From assembly GCA_973895155.1 (NCBI GenBank), contig OZ316895.1, forward strand, positions 9,722,184-9,786,183: a DNA stretch of 64,000 nt, given 5' to 3'. Of this stretch, positions 13,681 through 27,213 are shown one piece after another. Each line of letters begins with the position of its first letter. Position 1 is the stretch's first letter. Position numbers and translations under genes: made by a program. Source of the stretch: Marsupella aquatica. Taxonomy: Eukaryota > Plantae > Marchantiophyta. Under the pieces are notes generated by a model. It was not told the DNA's origin and made no database searches. It was given only the letters and a program-made list of their open reading frames with translations.

Positions 13681-16210
13681 ATGCCCGCGGAGGCCTCAGC
13701 TTCGGAGCGGCGGGGCATTCCCGCTGCCCCCTTCGTGCATGATGTGCAGAGCTTCCTCACGCAGTCCAACTACGACGCCTCCTCCGCTCTTGCCGCTCTG
13801 CAAGATCGGTAACTTTCTCTTCCTCTCTCCGTGCTCTCTTGCATTGATTCCTGCCTGTGTGATCTTTCTTCCATTCCATTTTGTTCGGTTCAGAGCAATG
13901 TAACGAGGTTTCTTTGCTGTTGTCAATTCACCTGCCGTTCTCAATTCCCCTTGTTGGAGGTTTTCTTTTGGCCCTTAGGGTACGGTGGTGCTCCATGGCA
14001 TTTCCCTCACTCATTCATTGATCTGGGGTCTGAAAAGGAGACGTGCTTGCTCGACTGAGTTTTAGGTCAACACCAGAGTGCTTTTGCAACGCTGCTGATA
14101 GATCTCTACTTTGGAAAATTAGCAAATGTAGTTTCTGGTCAGGGTAATTTACCCCGTGATGGACCGTGCCCTGTCACTATGTCTTATGCATGTTCTGCAA
14201 TGCACTTCAGGTGATTGCATGCCAGCAAAAATGAATGTTCTGATCCAAAGCTGAATTGAATGAAGGATTAGGGTTCAGAAATTCCTTTTGAAAATTGATC
14301 TTCAAGTTCCAGTACTCGAAAATGCTCATCCTTGGTTTATAAATATAATGACCTTTCCTTCCAATTTTTCTTTAGTTAGAACTTGAGTTCTTTGAGTGAT
14401 TGGATTAGGTTGGTTTCAGGTAGAGGATGTCTTTAAAATAAGGCGAGCTCGATTTAAGGGAGAGTTCGCGGTCCTCTTTGATTTTAGTGATCTGAGTTTT
14501 TCGCAGCTCAGGAGGTCCTTATTCTATATTAATGAAGTAGTGTGTAGTGTTTTGTCGACAGACTTCAGCAGTACAAACTTGCCGAGATGAAGCTTCTTGC
14601 TCAACGAAGAGATTTACAGGTATGGTGGTACAGCTCCCCGGTTCCTTTTTATGAAGGAGTTACTTACACTCTGCGTGCTCTTTCTCAATCTCTTTCAATT
14701 TCTTTTGTAGGTTTAGGTTGCCTCTGTTGCCATGACCATCACACGAGCCTTGTTAAAGCGACTGGAATCTAAGACCAAATTTTGAATCAATAGTCTTTGA
14801 AATACTCTCTCTTGAGGGTTGTGGAAGAGTTAGAAGGTTTTTGTCTTTCCAGCCTATGTGAAATTAAGTTCTACCCGGAGTTTAAATAAAGTCAATTCAC
14901 TTCACCCTAATTTTTAAATAGCTTTTGTGAGAGAAATGCCCGTAAGAAATATGCTGTATTGATCGATCCTAATGTGATTTGTCTTTCGGGGGACAGGCTA
15001 AGATTCCAGACATAAAGAAGTGCGTGGAGGTCGTTGGAACTCTTATCGCAAAGAAGGGTACAGGCGAGGTCTGCCCCCCTCTCAACTGCCCACAATATCC
15101 AAATTACGAAGTTTCATAAAGAGAGTGTATTATAGATGGAGTCCATTTGTCTCTGCCAATGTGTCGTATTTATGATCCACAATTGAGCTACGGAAGTAAG
15201 AATAGGCCTCCCTCAAGTCGAAAGGCGAATTACAGAAAGTCGAGGTTTCACTCGTTAACAACGAAGTCTCAGGAGATTTGGCAAGTCAGCCTCCTAGTGT
15301 TAGACAACTTGGTTGGCGAAAGGCAAATTTTCACTTGTGTGTTCGGACTTACTTGCTATTTGGTGTGTTATCCTCCTTTCCTTAGAGAAGCTTTAGCTAT
15401 GCCAAGTAAGGAACACTTCGATCCCATTGTCCCCTGTTCCATGCTAAGAGAGGGATGATATCCAAATTTCCAATTTCAAAATATGAAGGTGATTACTGTG
15501 ATACGGACATAATTCGTGCCTTTTTGATGATGCAGGTGATGAAGGCTGACTTTGAGCTGGCAGAAGGCATCTATTCAAGAGCACTCATAGAGGAGACTGA
15601 TTCTGTATGCTTGTGGTTGGGTGCAAATGTTATGCTTGAGTATTCAACTGAAGAGGTACGGTTGGGAGCCTTGCTGGACTGAAATGTTGGTCGATTCTGA
15701 AAGGAAATAACGAAATCCGGTTCTATAATATGTCATTGTGGCGGTGACCGTGAGGGCACAGGAAGCAGTGCAAGTACGTAATGACGTTTGTGTTCCGGAT
15801 GTTGATATATTCAAATGGACGGAATTTTTCAACTATTTCTAGGATCCTAGTCAATGCCATCAAGGGCCGGTAATTACGACTTTTCAAGTGACTTTAAGTT
15901 CTTCGTTGCAGGCTATGAGTTTGCTTCAGAAGAACTTGGAAAATGCCAAGGGTAGTCTGCAGGCTGTCATTGATGATCTGCAATTTCTCCGGGATCAAGT
16001 CACTATCACCGAGGTAAGGGCTGATGTAGGAATCATTGTTTAGGATATTTTTTGAAACAAGTACAGTAGGGTGGACCTCGGAAACCTCGTTTTATGCAAG
16101 AAGCCTGACGACCATTTTTATGTTCACAGGTTACAGTAGCACGAGTATATAACTGGGATGTGCACCAACGGCGGAAACTTAAGAACCAGCCAAAGGAGGA
16201 GTCGTCCTAA
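13681..16210 (+). CDS. PFD3: Prefoldin subunit 3 (VBP1-like), 6 exons: 13681-13808, 14562-14619, 14997-15068, 15536-15655, 15912-16013, 16130-16210; 186 aa
   Basis: GT-AG splicing gives an uninterrupted 561-nt frame: [93 protein letters not shown], typical of plant PFD3. Confidence 0.96.
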
Positions 16211-19129
16211 GGCTTATTGGCCTTCTTCTTCTTCCTCCAATAGTTACAAAGCTTTCAAATTCTCAGAAATATACTTGAACCAAGATGTCAGCAAAGAAGG
16301 CAGTCATTTTCCGTTTACGTTCACAAAGAGAGGATCGAGAGTTTAGATTATCTCCAATGTTGCAAGCTCTCAATTGATGGAGTCTAGATGTAGATGATGC
16401 TACAGTGGGTAGGACTGGAAATACTATGCGGGGAGATGCAAAGGAATGGCTCGGTTGAGTGCTTTCCCTTGATTATGGTCCGTTATCAGGTGGGTCACAC
16501 ATTTCTTTAACGAAGGTTTTTTTGGCTGGTATTCATGGAACTGGATTTTCGGAAGGCTCATTCAAGTAGATGCTCTTTGCCAATATTGCTATTCAAGCTC
16601 GTAATTAGTGGTGCTAGCTAGGAAGCACCAGTAGATATGGAGTAAGTTTGCCAGCAATTTATAGCTCGCTGGCTTCCTATTATCAAAGATGTGGTACCGT
16701 GCACTTGAAAGGGCAAGGATCAAGAGAGTTATGTATCCTCATATTTTCACAATGTATATTAGTCACATTGCCCGTTGATTGACCTTTGTATTTTGTATGT
16801 GTCACTGGCCACATCGCGTATGAAGTACAGTACTTAATATTCTGTGAACATCGATGTATTTAGATTGTAAGGGTGTCTTCTACAAGCCCATTGAACCAGC
16901 ACTTTGAGTGAGTGCCCTTGTCTTTTCCTCCGGGATCCCATGAAATGGTACAAAATGTAAAAGAGTTCTGGGAAAGACGAGTGATAGTCTAGACGTAACG
17001 AAGTTACCTTTTTACTCTGACAGTGAGATATGGATCCCTACTAAGGTAATGAATACTTCTTACCACTGGAACGATCATGCATGAAGTTAAAACTTAATAC
17101 TTCTACCTTTCAAGGTATAGGACAATGCTGTAGTAACGTTTTTAGCCATAATTTTGTAGCCTTTTTGGTCTGAGATGTTTTAAGTTGTTACCCAGCTTGA
17201 CGACCCACTTGAATAAATTTGAAGAAAAATGAATGACCCATCAAACCAAACAGACAAAAGAGATTGAAGGAAAACAGAAAAAGATTGAGCTAGGATCTGG
17301 GAATGAAAGAAAAAAGAAAACTGGTGGAATGTAATGGTGGGCAAGGAGAGGGAAAGAAATTTGGGGTGGAAGTTTCTATTCTGTTGAGACTTTGTTGAGC
17401 TTTGTACACTCATAACTTCACACTTTTGTTGAGCATTAATTTGGAGTTAGCCACTAATCATCGAAATTTGGTATTTTCATTAGACTAAACGGATCATGTC
17501 TAGTGAGAATGAGACGCCCTGAGGTTTTTTTGCGTGAGTTGCATGAAAAATTTAACAAGCAAGACAAGCAATACAATATACAAAGGCAGAAATCATCAAT
17601 TTAATTTTCGTGTGCACATAAGGTTTTGAAAGGGGTGTTATTTTACTCTTGTGGGCGCTTTATTAGTATTGTCAAAGCATCATCCCACCTTGAGTATGAA
17701 GAAAAGTGGAGACTTTTTTTGCATTTGGCTAAAATGTCCGCTTCTGACCATTGAATCACCTTTGCAATTATAATATTTTAAGCAATCCAAAACAAGGTGG
17801 TTTTCTACATCCACTGCTAAAATAAATAACTATTGAAATTTTACACCTGCCTAGAGTGCCTAGTAAACATCAAAATATTTTTGTGATGCAAATTTAAGAA
17901 TGCCATGAGCATTTTGATGTAAGCACTGACTTTGCAATGCATGCATTGTTTTTAAGACTAAAAAGTAACAAAACCAAGAGAGTATGTATTAGCTTCCTTA
18001 CAAGCATTATACCATACTTAAATAGGGGGTGGACTCACTTATTAAGGCTTGTTGCACGTACAGAATTAATCTTTACAATAAAAGTTATGGATTGCTAGTT
18101 TGGTAGTCCATAGCTTTTTCTGTCCCAAACCTTAACTTGGGCCCAACTCGCATGTGGCAGCCTTGAAGAAAGCAGCACCCAGTGCTCGTGAAATACTCAG
18201 CGAAAAGCACCTCTGGAATGGCAACAGGATCTCCTGCCCTGCAACATCTGCTTTTGTTTACTATGAGATGAAAGGTCTGGAAAGTGTCTGGCCCTTGCCG
18301 TTGGGATTCCACCAATATTGCCATCAGGCCCGGCACAAACGGGGGTTCAGGCATGTCATTTTCACTCACTCAAATGCTGGTATGTATGAAGTTCTGGGCT
18401 GGTTTCTTCAGGGCCTTGTACATGTGAGATGGGCCCTTGGATAATTAAGTCCATCAATTAAGGCTCTGCAGTTTGTGGATAGATAGGGTTAGATGATGAT
18501 TTTTTCTTAGTTGGCTTTTGCTGGCCTCCCCTTAGTTGAGGCTTTTGCTTGTGGGACCATGTCTGCCCTTGGGCACCTCTTGTTCTTTTGCAGTGTGATA
18601 TCAAAAGTTATAATAATGCCAAAATATGGAGTGGTCATCATTCAAATTTAACGTGCTATTTTGAGTGAGAAAAATGAAAACCTGAAAAAGTGGAAGGAAT
18701 AAGCCAAAAGTGAATTATGTTTGGTGTGGACGGTTCACCAAGGCAAGAAGAAAAAGCAAAAACCAATCATGACCCTTTATAAAAATATTGTTTTTTTACA
18801 CCATCAGATCTACCCAAGCTGCCCTTTAGCTTGCCATAACATTTAAATTATTAAATTTAAACAATTATAAAAAACCTTTGAAATTTTTGTAAAACTATTG
18901 AATATAAATAAAATATGGAAAATATTTATTTCTCTAAGCATTTAAAACAAAAAATAAAATTGCCCTGTCATTTGGTTGTTTTGGACTTTATGATGCGGTG
19001 GTCGTTATCTCGAGGCTCAAATTTCTATGTGCAACGCACAGGTTATTGAACAAGACCATAACAATTACATGGTCAAGATCACACATAGCATGTCTCAATA
19101 ATTACATCACTAAGTTTATATGTTTTTGA

Positions 19130-19582
19130 CTCGCTTTGACATCTTTTCTCACCTTGACATTTTAATCTAAAATTTACATATTTTAACATCTTTATTTCTA
19201 TCATCACATTTTCTTCTTCTCACCCTAACATATTTGCTCTCCTGAACATCTTTTTCTCTCCTCTCTATTTTTTTCACCTGGCTTGGCATGTCTTCCTCAT
19301 CTTGACATTTTTTTTCACCATGACATTTTTTCTCACGATGACATATTTCCTTCACCTTAGACATTTTTTCTCTCCTTGACATCTGTTACTCATCTTGACA
19401 ATCATCTTCTTTTCACCTTGTAGTCTTTTCTCTTTTGATACTTTTTTTTCTCATTTTGATATCTTTTTGTCAGCTAAATATATTTTTCTCTCATTGACAT
19501 CATTTTTCATCTGACATCATTTTTCATCTGAATATTTTTTTTTCATCTCCACATCTTTTGTGCAAAGGAGACATAGGGCTAG
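19130..19582 (+). repeat. Degenerate tandem array (TGACATTTTTTCTC-like units) ending in a Helitron-like 3' terminus
   Basis: Many TGACAT+pyrimidine units, then a small hairpin (CTTTTGTGCAAAGG) and CATAGGGCTAG|T at 19572-19583. The 5' end was not identified. Confidence 0.5.
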
Positions 19583-20443
19583 TATATAATATATTCTATC
19601 AGATTTTGAGTTTTGAGACCCTCTATGAGAGAGCCGAGTATGATATGATGTGGAATGATACGAAGATGCTAATGCGAGTGACGAGAGATAGGTGAGCTTC
19701 CAGTGCACCTGCACCAGCATCATTCTCATTGGCGGGGTCTATGCTGAAATGTATTGTCAAGACGCCAAGTGTGTAAAGGGACCTGTCAGCGGAGGCCATG
19801 ATGTCACCCTCTTGCTGCCGTCATTCAGGCTGCTCGAAATCTCGATTGCTGTTTCCTCAAAATCGCCATCCATTCGTTCGTTCTCTACAGTGCTCCAAGT
19901 CAAACGAGGTCTACTCTAAAATCACCACCTCCATTCCATCTGCCCATCTGTCCATCTGCCCACCTCTCTCCAGGAAACGAGTGATCGGTGACAGTGGTGG
20001 GCTCACATTCTCTGAAATCCAGGAAGCTCGAATAAAAGCATCGATCGTGCTGCGCTTCTGTGAACAACAGAGTACTTAAGTCCAGGAAATCTGTCAACGT
20101 TCAGAAGGACTCTGGGCTGTCAAATTCTGCAGATCTCTCGTTGTTCATTTCATTCTCGAAGGAACGCGTAACCTGCGGTGAGAAACTTGTTGAGATCGAT
20201 TCAGTTCGGTGCTTGATGCTGTGTGCCGTCTTCAATTCTGTGGCTTACCTCTTCTCGTGTCTTTAGATTGTGTTAGATGGACAGATGGAGTGGTTGCTTC
20301 CGTCCCTGAATTGATGAAACTGTTGTGTTCTCTTTGGTAGGGCTTTATTCTCGAAGGGGTGAGAGTGTTGTGAGCATTGAGAGGTGGGACCTTAACGAGA
20401 GAGGGGGAAGGAACGAAGGAATTCGAAGGAAGGTGCAGTCACC

Positions 20444-21916
20444 ATGCCAGGAGAAGGAGGATTGTCGAGGATTGGGCTGGCAGGGCTGGCTGTTATGGGA
20501 CAGAACTTGGCCCTCAACATTGCAGAGAAGGGGTTCCTGATCTCGGTGTACAACAGGTCCAGCAACAAGGTGGATGAGACCGTGGAGAGGGCCAAGGTGG
20601 AAGGCAATTTACCTCTGAAGGGATTCCATGATCCCAAGGACTTCGTGCTGTCCATCCAGAAGCCCCGATCGATCATCATTCTCGTGAAAGCGGGAGCTCC
20701 TGTGGATCAGACCATCGCCACGCTGTCCAAGTTTTTGGAACCCGGCGACCTAATCATCGATGGAGGGAACGAGTGGTACGAGAACACGGAGAGGCGAATG
20801 GAGCAGGCGAAGGAGAAGGGGTTGTATTACATGGGGATGGGAGTCTCAGGTGGAGAAGAGGGAGCTCGCAACGGGCCGTCGATGATGCCTGGAGGAACGA
20901 AGGAGGCTTACTCTTACATTGAAGAGGTGGTCACAAAGGTGGCGGCCCAGGTGGACGGGCCTTGCGTCACATACATCGGTCCGGGCGGAGCAGGGAATTT
21001 TGTCAAAATGGTGCATAACGGAATCGAATATGGTGACATGCAGCTCATTTCTGAAGCCTACGATGTACTGAAATCGGCCGGTGGACTCACCAACGCCGAG
21101 CTGCACAGCACCTTCACTGAGTGGAACAAGGGGGAGCTGGAGAGCTTCCTGATCGAGATCAGTGCGGACATATTCGGCGTGAAGGACGACAAGGGTCAGG
21201 GCGAGCTCTTGGACAAGATTCTGGACAAGACTGGATCGAAGGGCACTGGTAAGTGGACCGTGCAGCAAGCTGCTGAGCTCTCTGTCGCTGTGCCTACCAT
21301 TGCTGCTTCCTTGGATTCCCGTTTCCTGAGCAATCTCAAGGATGAGCGCGTCAAGTCTGCAAAGGCCTTCGAAGAGCACGGCGTGGGCGACATCTTGGCT
21401 GAGAAGAACTTGGACAAGAAGCAGCTAGTGGATGATGTTCGGAAGGCTCTGTACGCGTCTAAAATCACCAGTTACACGCAGGGAATGAACCTTATCCGCG
21501 CGAAGAGCATTAAGAAGGGCTGGAATTTGAATTTGGGAGATCTGGCCAGAATTTGGAAGGGTGGTTGCATTATTCGTGCCAAGTTTTTGGATCGAATCAA
21601 AAGTGCTTATGACCGCAATCCCAACCTCGCCAGTCTGCTCATGGATCCGGAATTCGCGAAAGAGCTGGTCGAGCGACAGGGTGCCTGGAGGCGTGTGGTG
21701 ACACTGGCCATCGGTGTGGGAATTAGCACTCCGGGTATGAGTGCCAGTTTGGCCTATTTCGACACCTATCGTAGGTCTCGCCTCCCAGCTAATTTGTTGC
21801 AGGCTCAGAGAGATTACTTTGGTGCTCACACCTACGAGCGTGTCGATGAGCCGGGCTCCTTCCATACCGAGTGGTACAAAATCTCACAACAAAACAAGGC
21901 AGCACCCAAAATCTAG
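20444..21916 (+). CDS. PGD: 6-phosphogluconate dehydrogenase, decarboxylating (cytosolic/peroxisomal type), 490 aa, intronless CDS
   Basis: Motifs IGLAGLAVMGQNLALN, YNR, IIDGGNE, MGVSGGEEGARNGPSMMPGG, GAGNFVKMVHNGIEYGDMQ, KGTGKWT and QAQRDYFGAHTYER. No transit peptide. Probable 5'UTR intron acceptor at 20340. Confidence 0.98.
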   Translation: MPGEGGLSRIGLAGLAVMGQNLALNIAEKGFLISVYNRSSNKVDETVERAKVEGNLPLKGFHDPKDFVLSIQKPRSIIILVKAGAPVDQTIATLSKFLEPGDLIIDGGNEWYENTERRMEQAKEKGLYYMGMGVSGGEEGARNGPSMMPGGTKEAYSYIEEVVTKVAAQVDGPCVTYIGPGGAGNFVKMVHNGIEYGDMQLISEAYDVLKSAGGLTNAELHSTFTEWNKGELESFLIEISADIFGVKDDKGQGELLDKILDKTGSKGTGKWTVQQAAELSVAVPTIAASLDSRFLSNLKDERVKSAKAFEEHGVGDILAEKNLDKKQLVDDVRKALYASKITSYTQGMNLIRAKSIKKGWNLNLGDLARIWKGGCIIRAKFLDRIKSAYDRNPNLASLLMDPEFAKELVERQGAWRRVVTLAIGVGISTPGMSASLAYFDTYRRSRLPANLLQAQRDYFGAHTYERVDEPGSFHTEWYKISQQNKAAPKI

Positions 21917-22049
21917 ACCGATACATAGTCTGTAAGTGTACATGAGCTGCAGGTGGAGATTGTGACCCGCTCTGGTGATTTCTTAGAAATTCCGAATTTA
22001 CAATCTTGGTTGTGCACGCCTGGCCAATAAAATTTGAAGTCCAAGTCAC

Positions 22050-22409
22050 GTGTGACACTAAATTCCATGAAGTAAGTTGTTCCTCATGTTGCACAACAGA
22101 ATTGACAGGAATTGACAGGTTTGAAGCGCCCAGCCTGAGCAGGCTGGTGCAGGTGTGACTCCACACATGAAGTACTCATTTGGGACTGCATTGAAGTAGT
22201 GTCATTCACTGTATTCATTTTTCTAGCCTTGAAACCGAAAGACGATCCACTCATCACTAGAGAATCATCTTGACATGTGACACTAAATCCCATCGAGTTG
22301 TCCTTCGTGTTGCCCAACAGAATTGCCTGAACGATGCCTGAACAGATGCAGTTTGGACTCTCTACATAAAGTATTCCACTTGAATCGGTAGTGTCATTCA
22401 CAGCATTCA
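22050..22409. repeat. Diverged tandem duplication downstream of PGD
   Basis: TGTGACACTAAAT(T/C)CCAT...CAACAGAATTG...GTAGTGTCATTCAC occurs twice, at about 22051-22218 and 22277-22409. Confidence 0.75.
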
Positions 22410-23486
22410 GGTCTGTTCACGAAGCTTGAAGGTTAGTCTTCTATGGACACTAACTGTGCCTAGAAAATTCCGCTTTATTGACTGAACGCAAAGAAGTGAA
22501 AGTATGTGTGGTGGGATCCCAAATCTCCTTACCCAATCCCACGGTAGGGTAGTCAACTAAGACCATATTACAGGACGGAAGACAGGTTTGTTCAGTCTTT
22601 TGAAACAGAGACTTGTTTCGTCACAGACCTGTTATTACAATAAATTGAAATAGCATATAGAACTGGTACCTCACAATGGGAAGACAAAACCCAAGTGGAC
22701 ACCATTGAATCGTTTTACATGACTCTGCCCAAACTCTTGAATGGTCTCTGGAAAGATTGATGCTGAAAGCTGTGCTTCTGGAGATGGATTAACTTTCATG
22801 TCTACCTGCTGAAAACGATCACCATCAGGTTGTCTACTCTGTACAAGAGAGAAAATCTCGTGCCAAATTGTAATGGAGGCACAAAAGCAATTGAGTCACG
22901 AGCTGGTGAGCAAGATGACGGCATCCAAACATGATGAAGGTTCTCCATCTCAGTGTCTGACATGGACTCAGGAAGAAGAGGCAAAGCTCTATAAGAAGTA
23001 CAATGTTATAGCTTGAGCACTCGGGACTGGATTAGTATGCAAAGCAACATTTGAACCTTGAATTAAGAAAGAGAGAGTAAATCACGAATTGAGAGAGGTG
23101 ATGTTCAATTAGCATTTGCCCCAATTCGTTAGTCCCTTGGGTCATTTCATGTAAGGAAGGTGGGGAATGTTTGTCCAGTTAGTCCCTGGGGTCAGTCCAT
23201 TTATTTGATCAAAGGGAGTGAGTGGTAGGACTGACTTAGTGCAGACAACACTAACTCCAATTCAATGTTTTTTTGGGTCCACTCACAAAATAGTGTTAGT
23301 CAGACTATTTTTGTACTAACTATATTTTTGTACTAACTATACTTTTCTTCTTCTTCTTTTAACAAAGGGAAGCTTTATAGCAGGCAGGTGCACAAGCCAC
23401 TCACGCCTGAGGGAACACGCAAAGAAAGATTGACTCTTCCCTGGAATGTCATTTATGGCATTTTTACAGTCCGTTGCTCAAGTCAC

Positions 23487-23568
23487 AAAAGCATGTCTAA
23501 TCCCCACTTTTGGGTGGGTATTGGTGTAAAAGCATGTCTAATCCCCACTTTTGGGTGGGTATTGGTGT
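23487..23568. repeat. Perfect tandem duplication, 2 x 41 bp
   Basis: AAAAGCATGTCTAATCCCCACTTTTGGGTGGGTATTGGTGT occurs twice. Confidence 0.92.
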
Positions 23569-25879
23569 AAGAAGCTATGGGCAGCAGCAGATTTTGAGCC
23601 CACTACCTCCACTTCCCAACTCAGCTTGACTACCGTTACGCCCTCCGCCTGCTGCTGTAAAATAAGGATCCATTTATGGTATTTATTTTAATAATAAATG
23701 TCCAGTCTGGGCAGTGGGTACGGAGAGTCGTTAATGACTTTTGAGGGACCCGGAGCCCTGAATAAAGAAGGAGGCTCACCCTAAAGGAAGGAACCCGCAT
23801 CCCCAAAAGACAAACAAAAGGGCCAGCCATCAATCAGGCCAGCTAGTCAAATGGACTCACTGATGCGTATTACCGCAGCAGTCCAATTGGGTTCACAAGA
23901 GTCAAACAAAGTAGATTAGGGGTCTTGGTGTTGAGCAGTGTTGTAATTTCTTGGCATCTGTTCTAAACCTTACTGCAACTATAGAAAAGATGCTCTGTGT
24001 GCTCAAAGTTGAGATTGCAGCATTCACCCAGACCTGAGCTAACTCCCTAGTGAGACTAGCTCTTCCATTAGTAACGAAGCCATGGTGAAGAAGGTGCCAG
24101 ATAAAGAAGCGAACCTTAGGCAGTGTCCAGCCTCCCCTAATCTTCTGCCATTGTGTCTCCAGTCAATCATTGTTCCAGGTTGGCCCCATCTCCTGTTCAA
24201 TTTCGAAGTGTGGTACACTAGTGCTTCTAGGGCTGGATGATCATCTTGATGCAGGTACTGCTTCTTCAAAAGGTGTGAAGAAGCAGAAAGATGGAGTAGT
24301 GGAAGAAAGCCAAGGTGATGATGGCCTTGCTTAGGCAAGTTATCTCTGACACCGAGTTGTATCACACTTCAGCCTTAGCAACAGCTAAGTAGACGAGCCC
24401 GAAACAAAAAGCCCTCAATTACAGTCATCCTACTCTTGTGCATTGCTCAATTACCAGATTAGTTAATGCATGGTGTAGACTACAACTAAAAATGCAGTTC
24501 CTCTCTTGATACACTAAATTAATCCATGGACTTTGCCTTTCTGTATGTCATAATGCTCAAGGAAGATGATACTAGTACTTAAACCACCCGAGAAACCACC
24601 AGTGTCCTTGTCCTTGAAGCAAACCCAGTTGGATCCAGGTTACCTAACTAGCTAGTAATGTTCTTAACATAGTAGAAAAAGGTTAACTACCTTGTCCTGC
24701 CACAGGTTTGAGGATAGTGGTGGTTAGTGAGCAAAATTGGATAACTATTTGTAAATAGAAAATCCTTTGAATTTATCATTCTTGAATTACAACTGATCCA
24801 TGGGCTTTATCTTGATCAACTTTCATCTGATTGGTTTGATAAGGGTCATCTTAAAGTTTTGGGGAATCCATTTTTTTGCAATTTTTTTTAGTAAGTGGAT
24901 CCCCAAGCTCGGTGCTAGCTTAGAATGTCACAGCCCAACTAGACTTGAGACAACAAGATGACGGCTAAAGCCTTGTTTGGTGCATCTTAGTATGCTTATA
25001 TATGTTCCCCAATAGCAGAGAAACAACTCCATGAAAACTGAAAAAGAATAACTGATTAGCTGGAAGTACCATCAGGCCAAGAAAAACGAAAAAATGTACT
25101 GTTGATTTATAGTGCACACCTCTCGCTGTTAATAAAAAAATCTGATTCCATCCATTGATGAAAAAAATCTGATGCATACACCTTCTCTTGTGATAGCTGC
25201 ACTGTTGTCCATTGACTGACTTTGTTCCGTTTGCTATTGTTAATTTGAACATGCTAATGTGAATTTTCTGGTTTTTTTCCAGTTCTCATGTCTAGCTGTT
25301 TTGTTGATCTTGTGTCAAATATGAACAGTAATGTGTGTTTGTTATCACAAACTTAGACATTGCTGTTTGTGATGGAAATCTATGATGTGGTCACACGTGG
25401 TGCCAATGTAATTAGAAGGCATCTTCATGGGGTACGTAACAATTGATCAGCGAGCTTTGTGATGGTAGCAGTAAGTTTCTCCAAGACTGAAGTAAACGCA
25501 AAGCAAACCATTTGGTCATTTTTCAGAAAAACACACTGTCTGCCAATGTTGGCTTTACAGGAAATTGAGTGGTCAGGTGTACAAGGAATCTCTTAATCCC
25601 ACCATAGCAAAAATACCTCTTGAGGTGGTATTTTGAAAGGAACTCTCAAACTCTTCTTATTTTGTCCCTTTGATACAGTATTAAATGCACTATATGACCA
25701 CCTTGTTTGGTTAGGAGGCAGTCTAAACAAATGGACCTGTATATCAGGTATGGCCAAACACACTGTCTGCCAATGTTTTGTCCCCTTGTTCTTGTAAAAC
25801 ACTCCTTAGTAATCTGTCTCCTTAGTACCCCATCATTGAATTCAAAAAATAATTAAATGAAATATCAAGGACATAGGCT

Positions 25880-26406
25880 TCAGGTTTGGGTGGACGCAGG
25901 GTGTAAGAGTAAACTGAATTCATGGTGTCAACCCAAGTTCATAAAGCAATTGCTTCACGAGGGTCTAAAAGCAAACTCCACCGAAATTCACCCAGACGCA
26001 AAAAAGAGGCCTAGTTTGCTTTTACACCCTCGTGAAGCAATGGCTTGAAGAACTTGGGTTGACACTCTAGTTTACTCTTACGTCCCATGGACCACGCATG
26101 AATTCAGTTGACTCTTACACCCGTTGACTGAAACTGGTTGACACTCTCTATTACTCTTACACCCCGTGTCCAAAATTCAGTTTCAGTCCAGTTTACTCCA
26201 GAGAGATACTTGATGGACCACCAAAATGTGAAGTGTTATATGATGGACCCATTAGTGATCCAGACAGTTGATAGACCTCAAATCAATGTACCCAAAAGCT
26301 CATGGGGTCTCATGCGGTCTAACAAGTAAGAAATTTCACTTCAGGGGTCCATCAAATATATCTCTCCAGTTTACTCTTACACCCAAGCCTGGACTGAAAC
26401 TGAATT
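25880..26406. repeat. Cluster of inverted repeats (MITE/foldback-like)
   Basis: 53-bp arms at 25925-25977 and 26013-26065 (4 mismatches). A second pair AATTCAGTTTCAGTCCAG at 26174 and its reverse complement ending at 26406. TTACTCTTACACCC recurs in both orientations. Confidence 0.75.
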
Positions 26407-27213
26407 GTAAACATGAATGTCGTATCAAGAGGCCGAAGGTTGCGTTTACAACCCCATCATGCATTTGGTCTGGAGAACTTTGGATTTGACACGGAGCAGG
26501 AACTTCATCAGTACTGGACCTGCCGCTTGTCAAACAGTCAATCGATCGAAGCGAAGCCACCCAACGAACACAGAGCACAAATTGCCTTGCATGGGCAACG
26601 AGATGCATGGGTGCCAGCGCCAACACGCGACTGTGGGGTCAGCCTGAAACTCTTGCATGACCTACACAGCTGGCTGTTTGTGAACATCAGGCATGGATGA
26701 AATCTAAACTTACTTAGAAGAAATGCGAGCGTGAACTACCAAGATCTGCGATTGGAAATGTTGGTAAGGTGAGGGCCACGTTTCAGGAACGGCTTCAGAA
26801 TCCAGAAATTACTCCAGAGCATGGTGGATTATGCGGAGCTTAAACCATCCAAAGCTGGGAATTGAAATGCTATCTGGGTGACAGTCTCCACTGTGTCGAT
26901 CTGTCGATCTGTCGATCGAGGTGAGTACTTGTCTGTGGAGCGCAAACAAAAAAATATCTCACAGATCCAGTTCCCTCCTGGACCCGGCTGTTAGTGAATT
27001 GCAAGCAGAAATCCTGAATGGTTTATAAACCACACTATCAGCTCATACCTCTGAAACGGCAATCAAAGACTCACGGCGTGCACAGAATTCTTCTTACCCA
27101 GCATTCACTCCAGATCAAAGACTTCAATTTCCGTGTCCCATCTTGTTCTACTGATTCGACCTCTTCTGTCTTGAGTTGGAAGCTTGTTTTCTTAGCCGAG
27201 ACCCAAAGCCATC

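Noticed and set aside
20846-21865. Minus-strand ORFs of 90-177 aa
   Set aside because: These are antisense shadows of the 6PGDH CDS.
26625-26632. CACGCGAC resembling the transposon dyad motif outside the element
   Set aside because: Half-site only; the GTCGCGT arm is missing.
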